Positions 38,858 to 48,859 of a stretch of DNA of 64,000 nt are shown here, one piece after another. The stretch's first letter is position 1. Each line of letters begins with the position of its first letter. This stretch comes from Candidatus Moraniibacteriota bacterium (GTDB taxonomy: Bacteria > Patescibacteriota > Minisyncoccia > Moranbacterales > UBA2206). The notes below the pieces were generated by a model. It was not told the DNA's origin and ran no database searches. It saw nothing but the letters and a program-made list of their open reading frames with translations. The stretch covers positions 1,874 to 65,873 of the forward strand of contig JBAXKA010000001.1 in the NCBI GenBank assembly GCA_037137555.1, given 5' to 3'. The position numbers and the translations under genes are program-made.

Positions 38858-38967
38858 ATTTCCAATATACCATATATCCAAAAAAAACACAAAAACAAAA
38901 ACCAGCACAAAAAAGAAGGGAGGGATTACTCGAAAAAAAAGTAGCTGTAAAAAAAACTAGCAAAAGC

Positions 38968-38998
38968 AAGAGCCCCACCTAGGCGGGGCTCTTTTCGT
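38968..38998 (-). terminator. rho-independent terminator (bidirectional in appearance) after the pilin gene
   Basis: AGCCCCACCTAGGCGGGGCT hairpin with T-runs on both sides. Confidence 0.7.
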
Positions 38999-39094
38999 TT
39001 TCTTTATCCATAACGGTAACCAAAATACTCAGAGAAAAACAATAAACCGGAAAAAAACCAAAAGAAGCAGGCGATAAAACCTGCTCCTGCAAGA

Positions 39095-39490
39095 TTAACA
39101 TCCTGTAGGAAATGTTGCTCCAGTAGCACTAATTGTCGTTGTGTTACACGCCACTGGTATGCCAACATATCTTGTAGCAGGAGTAACTGTTGGACTAGTA
39201 ACAAAATCTCCATTAACACAAGCACTCGTAAGTGTAACTGACACACCATCAGGAACAGCGATTACTGCAGTTTGCGTTCCGGTTGTTCCATCACAAAACA
39301 TCGTTATAGCAGGAACCATGCTTTGAGTAGAAGCCTTAAATCCAGAAATTTTCGCTTTTGTTCTTGCAGTATTCAAACTAACCAAAACAATCGAAGCTAA
39401 AATTCCGATGATTGCGATTACGATTAAAAGTTCGATTAATGTAAAGCCCTGTCTGCCGTTAGGCATGACTTTTAAATTTTTATTTTTCAT
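39095..39490 (-). CDS. type IV pilin (class III signal peptide)
   Basis: [25 protein letters not shown] prepilin N-terminus. Cys pair near the C-terminus. Confidence 0.8.
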   Translation of the reverse strand: MKNKNLKVMPNGRQGFTLIELLIVIAIIGILASIVLVSLNTARTKAKISGFKASTQSMVPAITMFCDGTTGTQTAVIAVPDGVSVTLTSACVNGDFVTSPTVTPATRYVGIPVACNTTTISATGATFPTGC

Positions 39491-39643
39491 TTTTTATTCA
39501 CCTGTCTTTCTAGTTAACCTCGCAGTTATTAAAAATAAGTTGCGAAATTTTATTTTTTCTTGCCAAATTTCACTTGATGTGAGTTCTAGCTTCGCCAGAT
39601 TTGGCAAAATTGTTTTCTATATTAAATCTGTTTTTTGTCTTTC

Positions 39644-40009
39644 TTATGGACAGGCAGTGAAATCTGCGCCTGATTCTTTCAGAGTTGCTCCTGTACATGT
39701 TGCTGGAACACCGGCAATTGCTGGAGTTACTGCAACATCAGTAAAACTTCCTGCTCCGTCGCAATTGTTTCTTGCTGGCACGGTAACTGATGGTGGTGGA
39801 GTAATGTTAGTTGTGTCGCCTGTAAGACTATCACATTCATTGACATAAGCTTTTGCCAAGCTGGCTGCTCCTGATTTAAAATCGGCTTGTTTCGCTTTGT
39901 CTCTTGCGCTACTAAGACTAACTAGCACGATCGAAGCTAAAATTCCGATAATAGCAATCACGATTAAAAGTTCGATTAATGTGAAACCCTGCTTATTTTT
40001 ATTTTTCAT
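39644..40009 (-). CDS. type IV pilin, second paralogue
   Basis: [32 protein letters not shown]. The 5' end is nearly identical to that of the first pilin. Confidence 0.8.
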   Translation of the reverse strand: MKNKNKQGFTLIELLIVIAIIGILASIVLVSLSSARDKAKQADFKSGAASLAKAYVNECDSLTGDTTNITPPPSVTVPARNNCDGAGSFTDVAVTPAIAGVPATCTGATLKESGADFTACP

Positions 40010-40154
40010 ATTTTCACCAACCTTTCTAGTTTTTAATTTTTATTTTCTTTTTATCTCAAATGCTGTCAGAAATCTAAATTTTAACTTTTTCTAGCACGAA
40101 TTCTTTAATCTTTTTTGCCGCAACGACCACAAATAATTTTTCTATTATCCTCTT

Positions 40155-40493
40155 TCATGATGATTTTTTTTCATATAAAAGCATTCCTTTTTTTGAAACC
40201 TTGGTTATAAATGGCTCCTCGAAAGAAAGCTCTTTTTTAAGCTGATTAGGGGTGTAAACAAATAAATCCATCGGAAAAGGTCTCGGGAAGATTGAACCGT
40301 CAATTTCCATGGCTGTTTTTCTATTATCTGTTGTTTCTTTTACCACAAACAAATCTACATCTGAATCTTCCGTTGGCTCACCCCACGCCCAAGAGCCAAA
40401 AAGAATAATTTTTTCCGGCTGAAATTCCTGGACAATTTTGTCCGCCACTTCCTGAATCTTTTTTTCCATTTTCTTTCTGTTTATTACTGCCAT
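40155..40493 (-). CDS. minimal nucleotidyltransferase (MNT, Pol-beta superfamily), third MNT in the window
   Basis: LFGSWAWGEPTEDSDVDLFV motif. Confidence 0.7.
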   Translation of the reverse strand: MAVINRKKMEKKIQEVADKIVQEFQPEKIILFGSWAWGEPTEDSDVDLFVVKETTDNRKTAMEIDGSIFPRPFPMDLFVYTPNQLKKELSFEEPFITKVSKKGMLLYEKKSS

Positions 40494-40681
40494 ATAGTTA
40501 GTCTATTATTACTTTGCTGATCAAATTTTTCAATCATCATCTGTTGGTATTCCACCAAAAGACCTAGTCTATAATTCAAATCTTCCAGTATGGGAATATG
40601 TTTCTTCCATACTTCTCGTTCTTTTCTTTCAGTTTTTTTTCTATCTTTTTTTATAGCTCGCTTTTTCATAAAATTCATCAA
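40484..40681 (-). CDS. small hypothetical protein upstream of, and overlapping, the MNT gene
   Basis: 65-aa ORF, Lys/Arg-rich N-terminus, no HEPN motif. Overlaps the MNT start by 10 bp. Confidence 0.3.
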   Translation of the reverse strand: MMNFMKKRAIKKDRKKTERKEREVWKKHIPILEDLNYRLGLLVEYQQMMIEKFDQQSNNRLTIWQ

Positions 40682-40719
40682 AAATTCTCTCTCTTAATAG
40701 CATAGCACACTTTTAATTT

Positions 40720-41928
40720 TTATTGAATTTGTCCGGCGATATTATAGATTGGCATCAACACTCCAACTGCCATAAAAGCCACACCAATTCCAATAGCGAT
40801 CATCAAAATCGGTTCGATAAGTGTGGACATATTTTTTGCCATCAATTCAACCTCTTGGCCATAAAATTTTGTAATATGTCCCAACACGGAATCAATTTGT
40901 CCAGAATCTTCACCAATCTTGATCATGTGTGCAACCATTGGCGGGATAAGTGGACTTCGCCTGAGAACATCACTCATATTCTCTCCTCGCTTAACACTTT
41001 CCGCTGTGCGTAAAAATAATTCTTCATAAACAGAGCTTCCAACCACGGCACTGACAATTGTCAGTGATTTAATGATCGGAATACCGCCATCCAAAAGCAC
41101 CGCTAAGTTTTCAGAAAATCTGGTAATATAGACATAACGAAACATCACGCCAACAACAGGTAATCTCAGCTTGATTTGATCCCATTCTTTTTTTCCATCA
41201 GCTGTTCCAAGATAATAAACCACACCAGCAACAACACCAGCAACAAGCACGAGCACTGCCCACCAATATTGTGCCATAAAATCACCAGTGGTGATGAGCA
41301 CTTTAGTATACCATGGGACATTCGCTCCCAGCTCCTTAATCATCACGGTTAATTTTGGAATAATCAATGTGATAACCAAAAAAGCAATCACAAAAAAGAC
41401 CACCAGAACAATTAAGGGATAAAGCATTGCGGATTTGACTTTATTGGTCAGATTGTAATTCCTTTCGATATTATCTGCAACATATTCCACGGATTTTTTT
41501 AAATTTCCTGATGCTTCTCCTGATTTAATCACATTCAAAACCAAATTAGAAAAAACTTCTTTATGCTTTGCCAGAGCATCAGAAAGTGGCACACCATCTT
41601 CAATTTCCTTTATAGATTCAGCGAGAATAATTTTCAAATACGCACCACTAGTTTGCTCACTGATCGCTGTAAGTGCCACAACGATTGGCACGCGAGCTTC
41701 AATCAGGATTGCCAACTGTCGGAAAAAAATTACTAACTCCTTATCTGTCACTCTATCATAATATTTAGAAAAAACTTTTTTCGCCAAGCCATCAACTTCT
41801 TCTTCAATTTGAATCGGAAAAAGTTCATTTTTTTGCAAGATTGCCGCTGCCAAATCTCGATTGGCCGCACTCACAACACCAGTATTTATTGTGCCTGCTT
41901 TTGTTTTAGCTTTGAATTTAAATTTCAT
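40720..41928 (-). CDS. pilC: type IV pilus platform protein PilC (GspF family)
   Basis: Two repeats of the GspF domain, three TM segments, about 400 aa. Confidence 0.85.
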   Translation of the reverse strand: MKFKFKAKTKAGTINTGVVSAANRDLAAAILQKNELFPIQIEEEVDGLAKKVFSKYYDRVTDKELVIFFRQLAILIEARVPIVVALTAISEQTSGAYLKIILAESIKEIEDGVPLSDALAKHKEVFSNLVLNVIKSGEASGNLKKSVEYVADNIERNYNLTNKVKSAMLYPLIVLVVFFVIAFLVITLIIPKLTVMIKELGANVPWYTKVLITTGDFMAQYWWAVLVLVAGVVAGVVYYLGTADGKKEWDQIKLRLPVVGVMFRYVYITRFSENLAVLLDGGIPIIKSLTIVSAVVGSSVYEELFLRTAESVKRGENMSDVLRRSPLIPPMVAHMIKIGEDSGQIDSVLGHITKFYGQEVELMAKNMSTLIEPILMIAIGIGVAFMAVGVLMPIYNIAGQIQ

Positions 41929-41952
41929 ATTTATTTTTTTAATTATTACAAT

Positions 41953-43023
41953 TTAATATTTTAAAAGTGTTTCAAAGTTTTTTTGATCCCGTGCATAAAT
42001 CGTTGCCACTTCCAAGGAAACAAAGCCACGACGAACCAAATCAACCAATGCCTTGTCCATTGTAATCATCCCTTCTTGCGAGCTAGTTTCAATCACATTG
42101 GAAATTTGATAACTCTTATTTTCTCGAATTAAATTTTCCACTGCGTGATTTTTAATCATTATTTCCACGGCCGGAATTCTGCCCTCGTCAACTCGAGGAA
42201 TCAGTCTTTGAGAAACCACAGCCAAAAGCACATTGGCCAATTGTGCTCGCACTTGATTTTGCTGATGTGCAGGAAAAACATCCACGATACGATCGATTGT
42301 TTGCGGAGCATCATTAGTATGCAATGTTCCAAAAATTAAATGGCCTGTTTCTGCTGCTGTCATTGCGGCTGAGATAGTATCTAAATCACGCAATTCTCCA
42401 ATCAACACCACATTCGCATCTTCACGAAAAAGACCCTTAAGCGCCGACTGAAAGGAATTTGTATCTTGATAGACTTCTCTTTGATTTATAATTGAACGAT
42501 CCTGCTCATAAACATATTCAATCGGATCCTCGATTGTCAGTATGTGTTTTTCCTGATTTATATTTATATCATTAATCATCGCTGCGAGCGTTGTTGATTT
42601 TCCATGTCCCACGGGGCCAACCAGCAAAAATAATCCTTGAGAAACTTTGGTAAAATCATAAAGAATTTCTGGTATACCCAATTCTTCCAGCGTTTTAATG
42701 TTTCGGGAAATTAAACGAAAAGCAATACTCGTGAAACCTTGCTGAGTAAAAGCATTCACGCGAAAACGCACCTTATCTTCAAAATTATAGGAAAAATCAA
42801 CTTGCCCTTCTTCAGCTAATTGCTTTCTTTTTTCCTCTTTTAAAATAACCTCACAAATTTCTTGTGTAATATTTGGCGTAATAATCTCATCCTGATTGAG
42901 TTGAATGAGTTTTCCATCAATGCGATAAGTCGGATAACGACCAACCACAAGATGCAAATCCGAAGCGCCTCGCTGAGCGGCAATTCTTAATAAACTTTTT
43001 ATTTTTTGTTCAATTCGTAGCAT
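41953..43023 (-). CDS. pilT: twitching-motility retraction ATPase PilT
   Basis: Walker A GPVGHGKST, Asp box, His box (GHLIFGTLHTN), about 356 aa. Confidence 0.85.
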   Translation of the reverse strand: MLRIEQKIKSLLRIAAQRGASDLHLVVGRYPTYRIDGKLIQLNQDEIITPNITQEICEVILKEEKRKQLAEEGQVDFSYNFEDKVRFRVNAFTQQGFTSIAFRLISRNIKTLEELGIPEILYDFTKVSQGLFLLVGPVGHGKSTTLAAMINDININQEKHILTIEDPIEYVYEQDRSIINQREVYQDTNSFQSALKGLFREDANVVLIGELRDLDTISAAMTAAETGHLIFGTLHTNDAPQTIDRIVDVFPAHQQNQVRAQLANVLLAVVSQRLIPRVDEGRIPAVEIMIKNHAVENLIRENKSYQISNVIETSSQEGMITMDKALVDLVRRGFVSLEVATIYARDQKNFETLLKY

Positions 43024-43042
43024 TGTTTTTTTTTAAATTATA

Positions 43043-43426
43043 TTAAGCTAAAATAACCCTAATTTTTTCCAAAACTTCTGATGGTGTAAAATGTGATTTG
43101 ATTAAATAATCTACTGCTCCCAATTGCATACCTTCACTGATTTCTTTTTTTTGACTTAAGTTTGTTAAAAGAAGCACGGGAATATTTTTAAGTCTATCGT
43201 CTGTTTTAATTTGCTTCAATACTTCAATCCCATTGAGGTATGGCATAATAATATCCAGAAGAATCAAGTCGGGAATATTTTTCTCTGCTTGCAGTTTCTG
43301 TGCTCCCTCTTTGCCATCACTGGCACATATTACATCAAAACCAGACTGAATTAATTTTAAATTATAGATATCCATCACAAAAAAATCATCCTCAATAATC
43401 ATTATCCGTTTTTTTTTATTTTCCAT
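43043..43426 (-). CDS. stand-alone response-regulator receiver domain (CheY/PilH-like)
   Basis: DD at the N-terminus, phospho-acceptor Asp (LLDIIMP) and a conserved Lys (DYLIK). Confidence 0.8.
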   Translation of the reverse strand: MENKKKRIMIIEDDFFVMDIYNLKLIQSGFDVICASDGKEGAQKLQAEKNIPDLILLDIIMPYLNGIEVLKQIKTDDRLKNIPVLLLTNLSQKKEISEGMQLGAVDYLIKSHFTPSEVLEKIRVILA

Positions 43427-43459
43427 AAAATTATAAATTAAAAAATAAATCGATTAACT

Positions 43460-45130
43460 TTAATCATTTTCCTCCGCTAATGTCGTAAAATAACATTCTG
43501 TCACCCTCTCTACCTCTTCGATGGTAGTTAGTCCCTGGATAATTTTAAGAGCACCGTCTTGCTCAATTGTCAAAACACCCATTTTTTCTCTTTCTTTTTT
43601 GATTAAATCTTCACTGCCTCTTTTTTCAATAATAATATTTTTCACTGCTTCTGTCACGGGAACTGCTTCATAAATTGCCACTCGTCCTTTGAGTCCTGTT
43701 CCGTTACAAACATCACAACCAGCGCCATGATAAAATTTAATTCCGTCTGCCAAGTTTATCGCATAACTTTCCAATTCTTTGGTAGAAATATTTTTTATTT
43801 TTTCCATCACGCGTTCTTTGATAAAATCAGAAATTTTAATTTCTTCTTTGCATTTTTCACAAATTCGACGCACCAATCTTTGCGCGATCACCATTCGCAA
43901 AGATGATGATAATAAAAATGGTTCAATTCCCATATCGATAAGTCGTGGGATTGCTCCAATTGCTGTGTTTGTGTGCAAGGTAGAAAACATTAAATGACCA
44001 GTTAGAGCCGCATGCACAGCAAGCTCTGCTGTTTCTGCATCGCGAATTTCTCCCACCATAATTACATTCGGATCCTGACGCAAAACTGTTCGCAAACCAG
44101 AAGCAAATGTATAACCGATTTCCGGTTTAATCTGACTTTGATTCATACCTTCAATAAAATATTCCACAGGATCCTCTAGCGTAATAATATTTCGCTCTTC
44201 GCTATTGAGCATTTTCAATAGAGTATATAATGTCGTTGACTTTCCCGAGCCAGTTGGTCCTGTCATTAAAATCATACCATAAGTTTCTTTGATTGCCAAT
44301 GTGATATCATCTCTGGCTTTTCCCACTAAGCCCAAAAGTTCCGTACTACTGGATTCCGCTTCTTTGTCCAATATTCGCATCACAATTTTTTCTCCTCCCA
44401 CAACCGGCAATGACGAAACACGAAAGTCAATATCTTTTTTATTAAAATTAAGTCTAAATCTTCCGTCTTGCGGTTTTCGTTTTTCATCAATTTTTAAATT
44501 AGCCAAAATTTTAATGCGCGAAATTACAACAGGACCAATCTCGAGTGGAAAAATCAAACTAACATGCAAAATTCCATCAACACGAAAACGCACACGATAA
44601 TCCTTATCCATTGGTTCGATATGAATATCGCTCGCTTTTCCCTCTACCGCATGACTAATCACCACTTCAACTAATTTAGTTACTGGGGCGTCCTTTAATA
44701 TCTCTGCTTCATTTTTATCTTTTTTAGTATTTTCATTATTTTTTTCATAGGCATCCTCCTGATCTTTATCATCTTTATATGAATCAAGTGCGTCCTTCAG
44801 TGCTTCACTCGTTTCGTTATAGTGTGCCAATAAAATAACAAAATTTTCTCTTGAAACTTCATAAGTTTCTATCGTCACTTTTTCTTTTTCCGCCACGAAA
44901 TTCAAAGCATTTAAGGCTTCTGTGTTCTCCAAATCAATCATCGCCACCTTTAAAATACCTTCGGATTTTTCGAAAGCCATCATTTCATACTTTTTAGCAA
45001 CTTCACTAGGAATAATATTTATAATATCTCCAGCAATATTTTTTGGCAATTCACTTAAGATATTTTTTTTATTTTCCTGATCATTAAGGCTATCGTTGTT
45101 GCTTTCAATTTTGTCATCATTTTTGGTCAT
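43460..45130 (-). CDS. pilB: type IV pilus assembly ATPase PilB (GspE family)
   Basis: Walker A GPTGSGKST, a tetracysteine motif (CEKC...CDVC) and an N-terminal GspII domain. Confidence 0.85.
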   Translation of the reverse strand: MTKNDDKIESNNDSLNDQENKKNILSELPKNIAGDIINIIPSEVAKKYEMMAFEKSEGILKVAMIDLENTEALNALNFVAEKEKVTIETYEVSRENFVILLAHYNETSEALKDALDSYKDDKDQEDAYEKNNENTKKDKNEAEILKDAPVTKLVEVVISHAVEGKASDIHIEPMDKDYRVRFRVDGILHVSLIFPLEIGPVVISRIKILANLKIDEKRKPQDGRFRLNFNKKDIDFRVSSLPVVGGEKIVMRILDKEAESSSTELLGLVGKARDDITLAIKETYGMILMTGPTGSGKSTTLYTLLKMLNSEERNIITLEDPVEYFIEGMNQSQIKPEIGYTFASGLRTVLRQDPNVIMVGEIRDAETAELAVHAALTGHLMFSTLHTNTAIGAIPRLIDMGIEPFLLSSSLRMVIAQRLVRRICEKCKEEIKISDFIKERVMEKIKNISTKELESYAINLADGIKFYHGAGCDVCNGTGLKGRVAIYEAVPVTEAVKNIIIEKRGSEDLIKKEREKMGVLTIEQDGALKIIQGLTTIEEVERVTECYFTTLAEEND

Positions 45131-45930
45131 TATTTTGCGATAATAAATGGATTATTTCCACTTTTTTGTCCTGGCGAAACATTATTCACATCAATGCTTC
45201 GACTACTTTTTATTTTTCCCACAACCTGTTTATTAAAAACTCCAGTTGCAAAGACAGGATTATTGATATCGCCATCTACTAATCTTTTTAATTCTTTGAG
45301 ATAATTAAATTCCAGCGTGATATTGGCCTGCAAAGACTCACTAATGCTTTGATCTTCTTTTGAAAATGTTTTTATTTCCAGTGTCGACAATGCATTAAAT
45401 CTTTTTAATTTTTGAATCTTATCAATTAAAATTTTTATATTTCCATAATCACCAATAACAGACAACTTCACTTCTAGCTTTCTTGATTCAGCTTTTGGTG
45501 TTATCGGAGCTTGTATTGGAGCATCCGGAGTTAATCCTGGAATTGGATTAACAGAAAGACCAGCTGTAGCAGCCTCAGTAACAGCAACCGCTTCTTTCGC
45601 CTCAGAAATAGAAATATTCAACACTGAGAGAGCACTATCCTTAGACAAAGAATTTAAATTTTCAATAATTTTTTCTTCTTCTTTATCTGATGGAATATAA
45701 CTAAATACAGCCCCATTTTCAAGATAATTGGCCACCAAATCTGCCTTTAATAATTCTGCATTATTTATTGTATTCTCCAAATTTTTTGCCAAACTTTCTT
45801 GTATTAAAAGTTTCGCTTTTTTTTCTCTAACACCATCAAACCCATTTGTGTAAGCAGGATAAATATACCAAATAATCATCGTTATAATTATTACAATCAA
45901 AAATGGTGCTGCTAGTATTTTTATTTTCAT
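45130..45930 (-). CDS. PilO-like pilus assembly protein (single N-terminal TM)
   Basis: TM helix, then a coiled region and a C-terminal domain. Sits in the PilM-N-O order. Confidence 0.45.
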   Translation of the reverse strand: MKIKILAAPFLIVIIITMIIWYIYPAYTNGFDGVREKKAKLLIQESLAKNLENTINNAELLKADLVANYLENGAVFSYIPSDKEEEKIIENLNSLSKDSALSVLNISISEAKEAVAVTEAATAGLSVNPIPGLTPDAPIQAPITPKAESRKLEVKLSVIGDYGNIKILIDKIQKLKRFNALSTLEIKTFSKEDQSISESLQANITLEFNYLKELKRLVDGDINNPVFATGVFNKQVVGKIKSSRSIDVNNVSPGQKSGNNPFIIAK

Positions 45931-45935
45931 ATTTT

Positions 45936-46496
45936 TTATTTAATAGTTATAACTACAGGAAAATTAATTTTATTATTTTTTGTATCAAATTTAGTTTCTC
46001 CCGCAAGCACATTGGAAAAATAATCAAAACTCTTAAAACTTAAAATTTGCTTGGCGATTGTTTCATAGTTATCCGAAAAACAATCCAGGGTAATCGCCTT
46101 TGTTGCATCATCATATTTATAAGAACCAATAAAAACACCTGCTATCATAGCTTCTTCAATTTTTGCAATATCCCGATTACCACTTCGCTCCCTAGCCAAA
46201 AGTTCTTCTGAAATTGTTAATCTGCTCTGAAAATCAACAACTTTACTTGCATCGCTAGCAACAAATCCGAAAGATTTAAGTTTTGAATCATCATCAATAA
46301 GCTTCATGTTATTATCAAGCTGTTTTCCATAAAAAAGCAATCCCCCATAAACCAACAGGATTAACACGAGTACGCCAAGAAGCATACCAATGCCCGCTCC
46401 CAATGCATTACCATCTTCTTTATTTGTGACTAAATTTATATTTGCCATTTTATTTTTATCCCGCGAGATTCCGCTTCGAGCGAAAATATCCAGCAA
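45936..46496 (-). CDS. PilN-like pilus assembly protein
   Basis: Single TM after a short cytoplasmic N-terminus. Located between the PilM and PilO-like genes. Confidence 0.45.
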   Translation of the reverse strand: MLDIFARSGISRDKNKMANINLVTNKEDGNALGAGIGMLLGVLVLILLVYGGLLFYGKQLDNNMKLIDDDSKLKSFGFVASDASKVVDFQSRLTISEELLARERSGNRDIAKIEEAMIAGVFIGSYKYDDATKAITLDCFSDNYETIAKQILSFKSFDYFSNVLAGETKFDTKNNKINFPVVITIK

Positions 46497-46508
46497 GATG
46501 AAATTAAT

Positions 46509-47606
46509 TTATTTATTATTTTTAACTTCTTTTTTAAAATATTCGTCAACACCTTTTAGTGCTGAACCAATCGCTACAGAAAAACCAGCTCGCATTTCAG
46601 AAACCGCATATTCCAATCTGCTGTCGTATCCAATTCCAGAAAGTGGATTGCCGATAACCGTTTTTATTTTCAATTTATTGAAAAAATAACCAGTTAGGCC
46701 AACCATATTAGCCGTTCCACCAGAAAGAATTATTTCAGTTATTTTATCTCTACCCTCTTCTTTATAATATGTTCGGACCATTCTTTCCACTTCTCCTGCT
46801 ATCAATTCCAGTGTATAAAAACTAATCGGCGATTCTGTTGTAAAAAAATTCTTACCAGAAATTTTTAAACTATCAGCTCTCTCAAAATCAATTTGCATTC
46901 CCTTAGCAATTGTATTTGTCATTTCAAATCCTCCTGCGTCAATATTTCTATTAATCCTAATCACGCCCTTTTCTACTAAAATAATATTGCAAATCCTAGC
47001 ACCGATATCCACAATGACAAAGCTTCCAGGATCATTGCCAATAAGCGCACGAGCGATAGAAAAAGTCTCAATATTTATTGATTTTAATTTTAACCCAACG
47101 GTTTTGACTAAATTTTCATATTTCAAAATTTTACTTTTTGACGCTGCTACCAAAAGCACTTTCACTACCATACCAGCACTACTTGTTTCTGTTTTTTTCA
47201 AAACTTCCTTTCTTTCTACAATATCCCAACTAATCACTACATCGTCCAAGGATGTGGGAATATATTTGTGTGCTTCAAATTTAATTGCCTGCTCCATATC
47301 AGCAATTGCCATTTCAGGAAAATCAATCAGCGTTATAAGTCCACCAAAAGATGGCAACGAAGCATATGCATCATCTCCATTAAATTTTGCTTTTTTTATA
47401 ATCTTTTTTATACACGCTGGCAATATAGAATAAAAATATTCGGAATCACTATCTCTTTTACCTAAATTATCACCACGAAGATCCATCCATGCATAATTAG
47501 AAAGCACGGGCTTACCATCAACTATCCTTATTTCTACAATTTTGATTGAGGCTGTCCCCACATCAATACCCAGAAACATATTATTCTTGAAATTAAAATC
47601 AAACAT
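46509..47606 (-). CDS. pilM: type IV pilus assembly ATPase-like protein PilM (actin fold)
   Basis: FLGIDVGTASIKIVE N-terminal actin-like phosphate-1 motif, about 365 aa. Confidence 0.75.
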   Translation of the reverse strand: MFDFNFKNNMFLGIDVGTASIKIVEIRIVDGKPVLSNYAWMDLRGDNLGKRDSDSEYFYSILPACIKKIIKKAKFNGDDAYASLPSFGGLITLIDFPEMAIADMEQAIKFEAHKYIPTSLDDVVISWDIVERKEVLKKTETSSAGMVVKVLLVAASKSKILKYENLVKTVGLKLKSINIETFSIARALIGNDPGSFVIVDIGARICNIILVEKGVIRINRNIDAGGFEMTNTIAKGMQIDFERADSLKISGKNFFTTESPISFYTLELIAGEVERMVRTYYKEEGRDKITEIILSGGTANMVGLTGYFFNKLKIKTVIGNPLSGIGYDSRLEYAVSEMRAGFSVAIGSALKGVDEYFKKEVKNNK

Positions 47607-47638
47607 TGTATAGAATTATATTTTTTATTTTTCTTATT

Positions 47639-48049
47639 TTATGATCTTGAGACAGAAATTAGCATTGTATTTTTATTTATTTTATCATAGGTTACAATAA
47701 CTAAATCGCCCTTTTTGAGATCTGCCAGTTGACCAACAACTGGACTCGCACTTCCAACCATCAACATAACAGGAGTAGCACCATTAATATTGACCACAAT
47801 TGATTCTTGCGGATTTTTTACAGTCAGCGTTTTTTCAGCAATAATCTCTACGCTACCAGTAACAGTTGCAATATTTGCTTTATTTTCTTCTGTATTTTGC
47901 CCAAACAAGTTAGCTGGCTGTTTTTCTCCACCGATAGGTGCTTGCGCCGTACCAGCTTGTTTTTCTTTAATACTCCTAGCAACAAAGAAGATTCCACCGA
48001 AAAGCACTAATAGTGCGAAAGCGATGATAGCAATTTTTTTTCTTTCCAT
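47639..48049 (-). CDS. secreted/membrane-anchored hypothetical protein
   Basis: N-terminal TM (IAIIAFALLVLFGGIFFVA). No known motif. Confidence 0.4.
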   Translation of the reverse strand: MERKKIAIIAFALLVLFGGIFFVARSIKEKQAGTAQAPIGGEKQPANLFGQNTEENKANIATVTGSVEIIAEKTLTVKNPQESIVVNINGATPVMLMVGSASPVVGQLADLKKGDLVIVTYDKINKNTMLISVSRS

Positions 48050-48178
48050 ATTATTTTTTATCTTACTCGCTAAATCGAATTAAAAAAATATTTAATGAGC
48101 AGATTTTTTTATTTTATAAATTATTTTAATTAACTTTTTTATTATATCACATGCTTATTTTTATCGCAATTTATTTTA

Positions 48179-48799
48179 TTATTCTCTCCCTGTACATTCT
48201 CTCGTTCCTCGTTGTCTTACGCAACCATCCGAACAATAGACATCTTTGCAGGTACTTTTAGCACAGTCAGGATTGTCTGGTCGGCAGATGGGTTTAATTG
48301 GCACAGTAGTTTCAGTATTATCCGCATCTTCAATAATAACACTCGCGAAACAAGCCCCCCCCGCAACGCTTCCGCTGAATGGAATAAATGTGCAAGTTTG
48401 CGTACCAATCTGATCAATTGAAAAGGAAAATGGATAACCAGAATAATTCAAACCGTAATCCGCTTTTATTAGTGGCACTGGACCAGTGCAAGAACCAATC
48501 ATTTTATCCGCACCAAAAGAGCTCCACGAAAGACTAGAAATTCCCGGAACAATTATCTTATTTAAAGAAAATGAAACTGAACAAGTTGGCGCAACAACAT
48601 CCTCTGAATTTTTTATTTCGATACTAGCACAATCCTCATTTTTATTTCCCGCAACATACTTCACACCATCCCAACAAGAAATATTTTCAAAAGAAATGGC
48701 GACAGCAGACTGACTTGCCAAAACAAAACACGAAAAAATAAAAATTCCTGCAAACTTTTTTTTATTAACAAAATATTTTTTTGATTTTATTTTATGCAT
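48179..48799 (-). CDS. secreted Cys-rich hypothetical protein
   Basis: Signal peptide. Multiple Cys in the C-terminal 60 aa (CRPDNPDCAKSTCKDVYCSDGCVRQRGTRECTG). Confidence 0.4.
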   Translation of the reverse strand: MHKIKSKKYFVNKKKFAGIFIFSCFVLASQSAVAISFENISCWDGVKYVAGNKNEDCASIEIKNSEDVVAPTCSVSFSLNKIIVPGISSLSWSSFGADKMIGSCTGPVPLIKADYGLNYSGYPFSFSIDQIGTQTCTFIPFSGSVAGGACFASVIIEDADNTETTVPIKPICRPDNPDCAKSTCKDVYCSDGCVRQRGTRECTGRE

Positions 48800-48859
48800 A
48801 TCATTATATTACTACAAATTAAAAAACCTTGCAAGGGCTATTTCTCTTTTTGTTAATTT

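Noticed and set aside
34682-38908. Long hydrophobic N-terminal leaders MICLLFFVFVFFLDIWYIGN and MLVFVFVFFLDIWYIGN on the two MntA ORFs, considered as signal peptides.
   Set aside because: They are translations of the conserved A/T-rich 5' UTR upstream of the better-supported internal start. MntA homologues are cytoplasmic and begin at about the MEIDNKK / MEKIDEKK position.
39004-39848. ORFs antisense to the two pilin genes (81 aa, 61 aa, 146 aa).
   Set aside because: Gln/Leu/Val low-complexity translations with no start context. The pilin genes on the minus strand have clear class III signal peptides.
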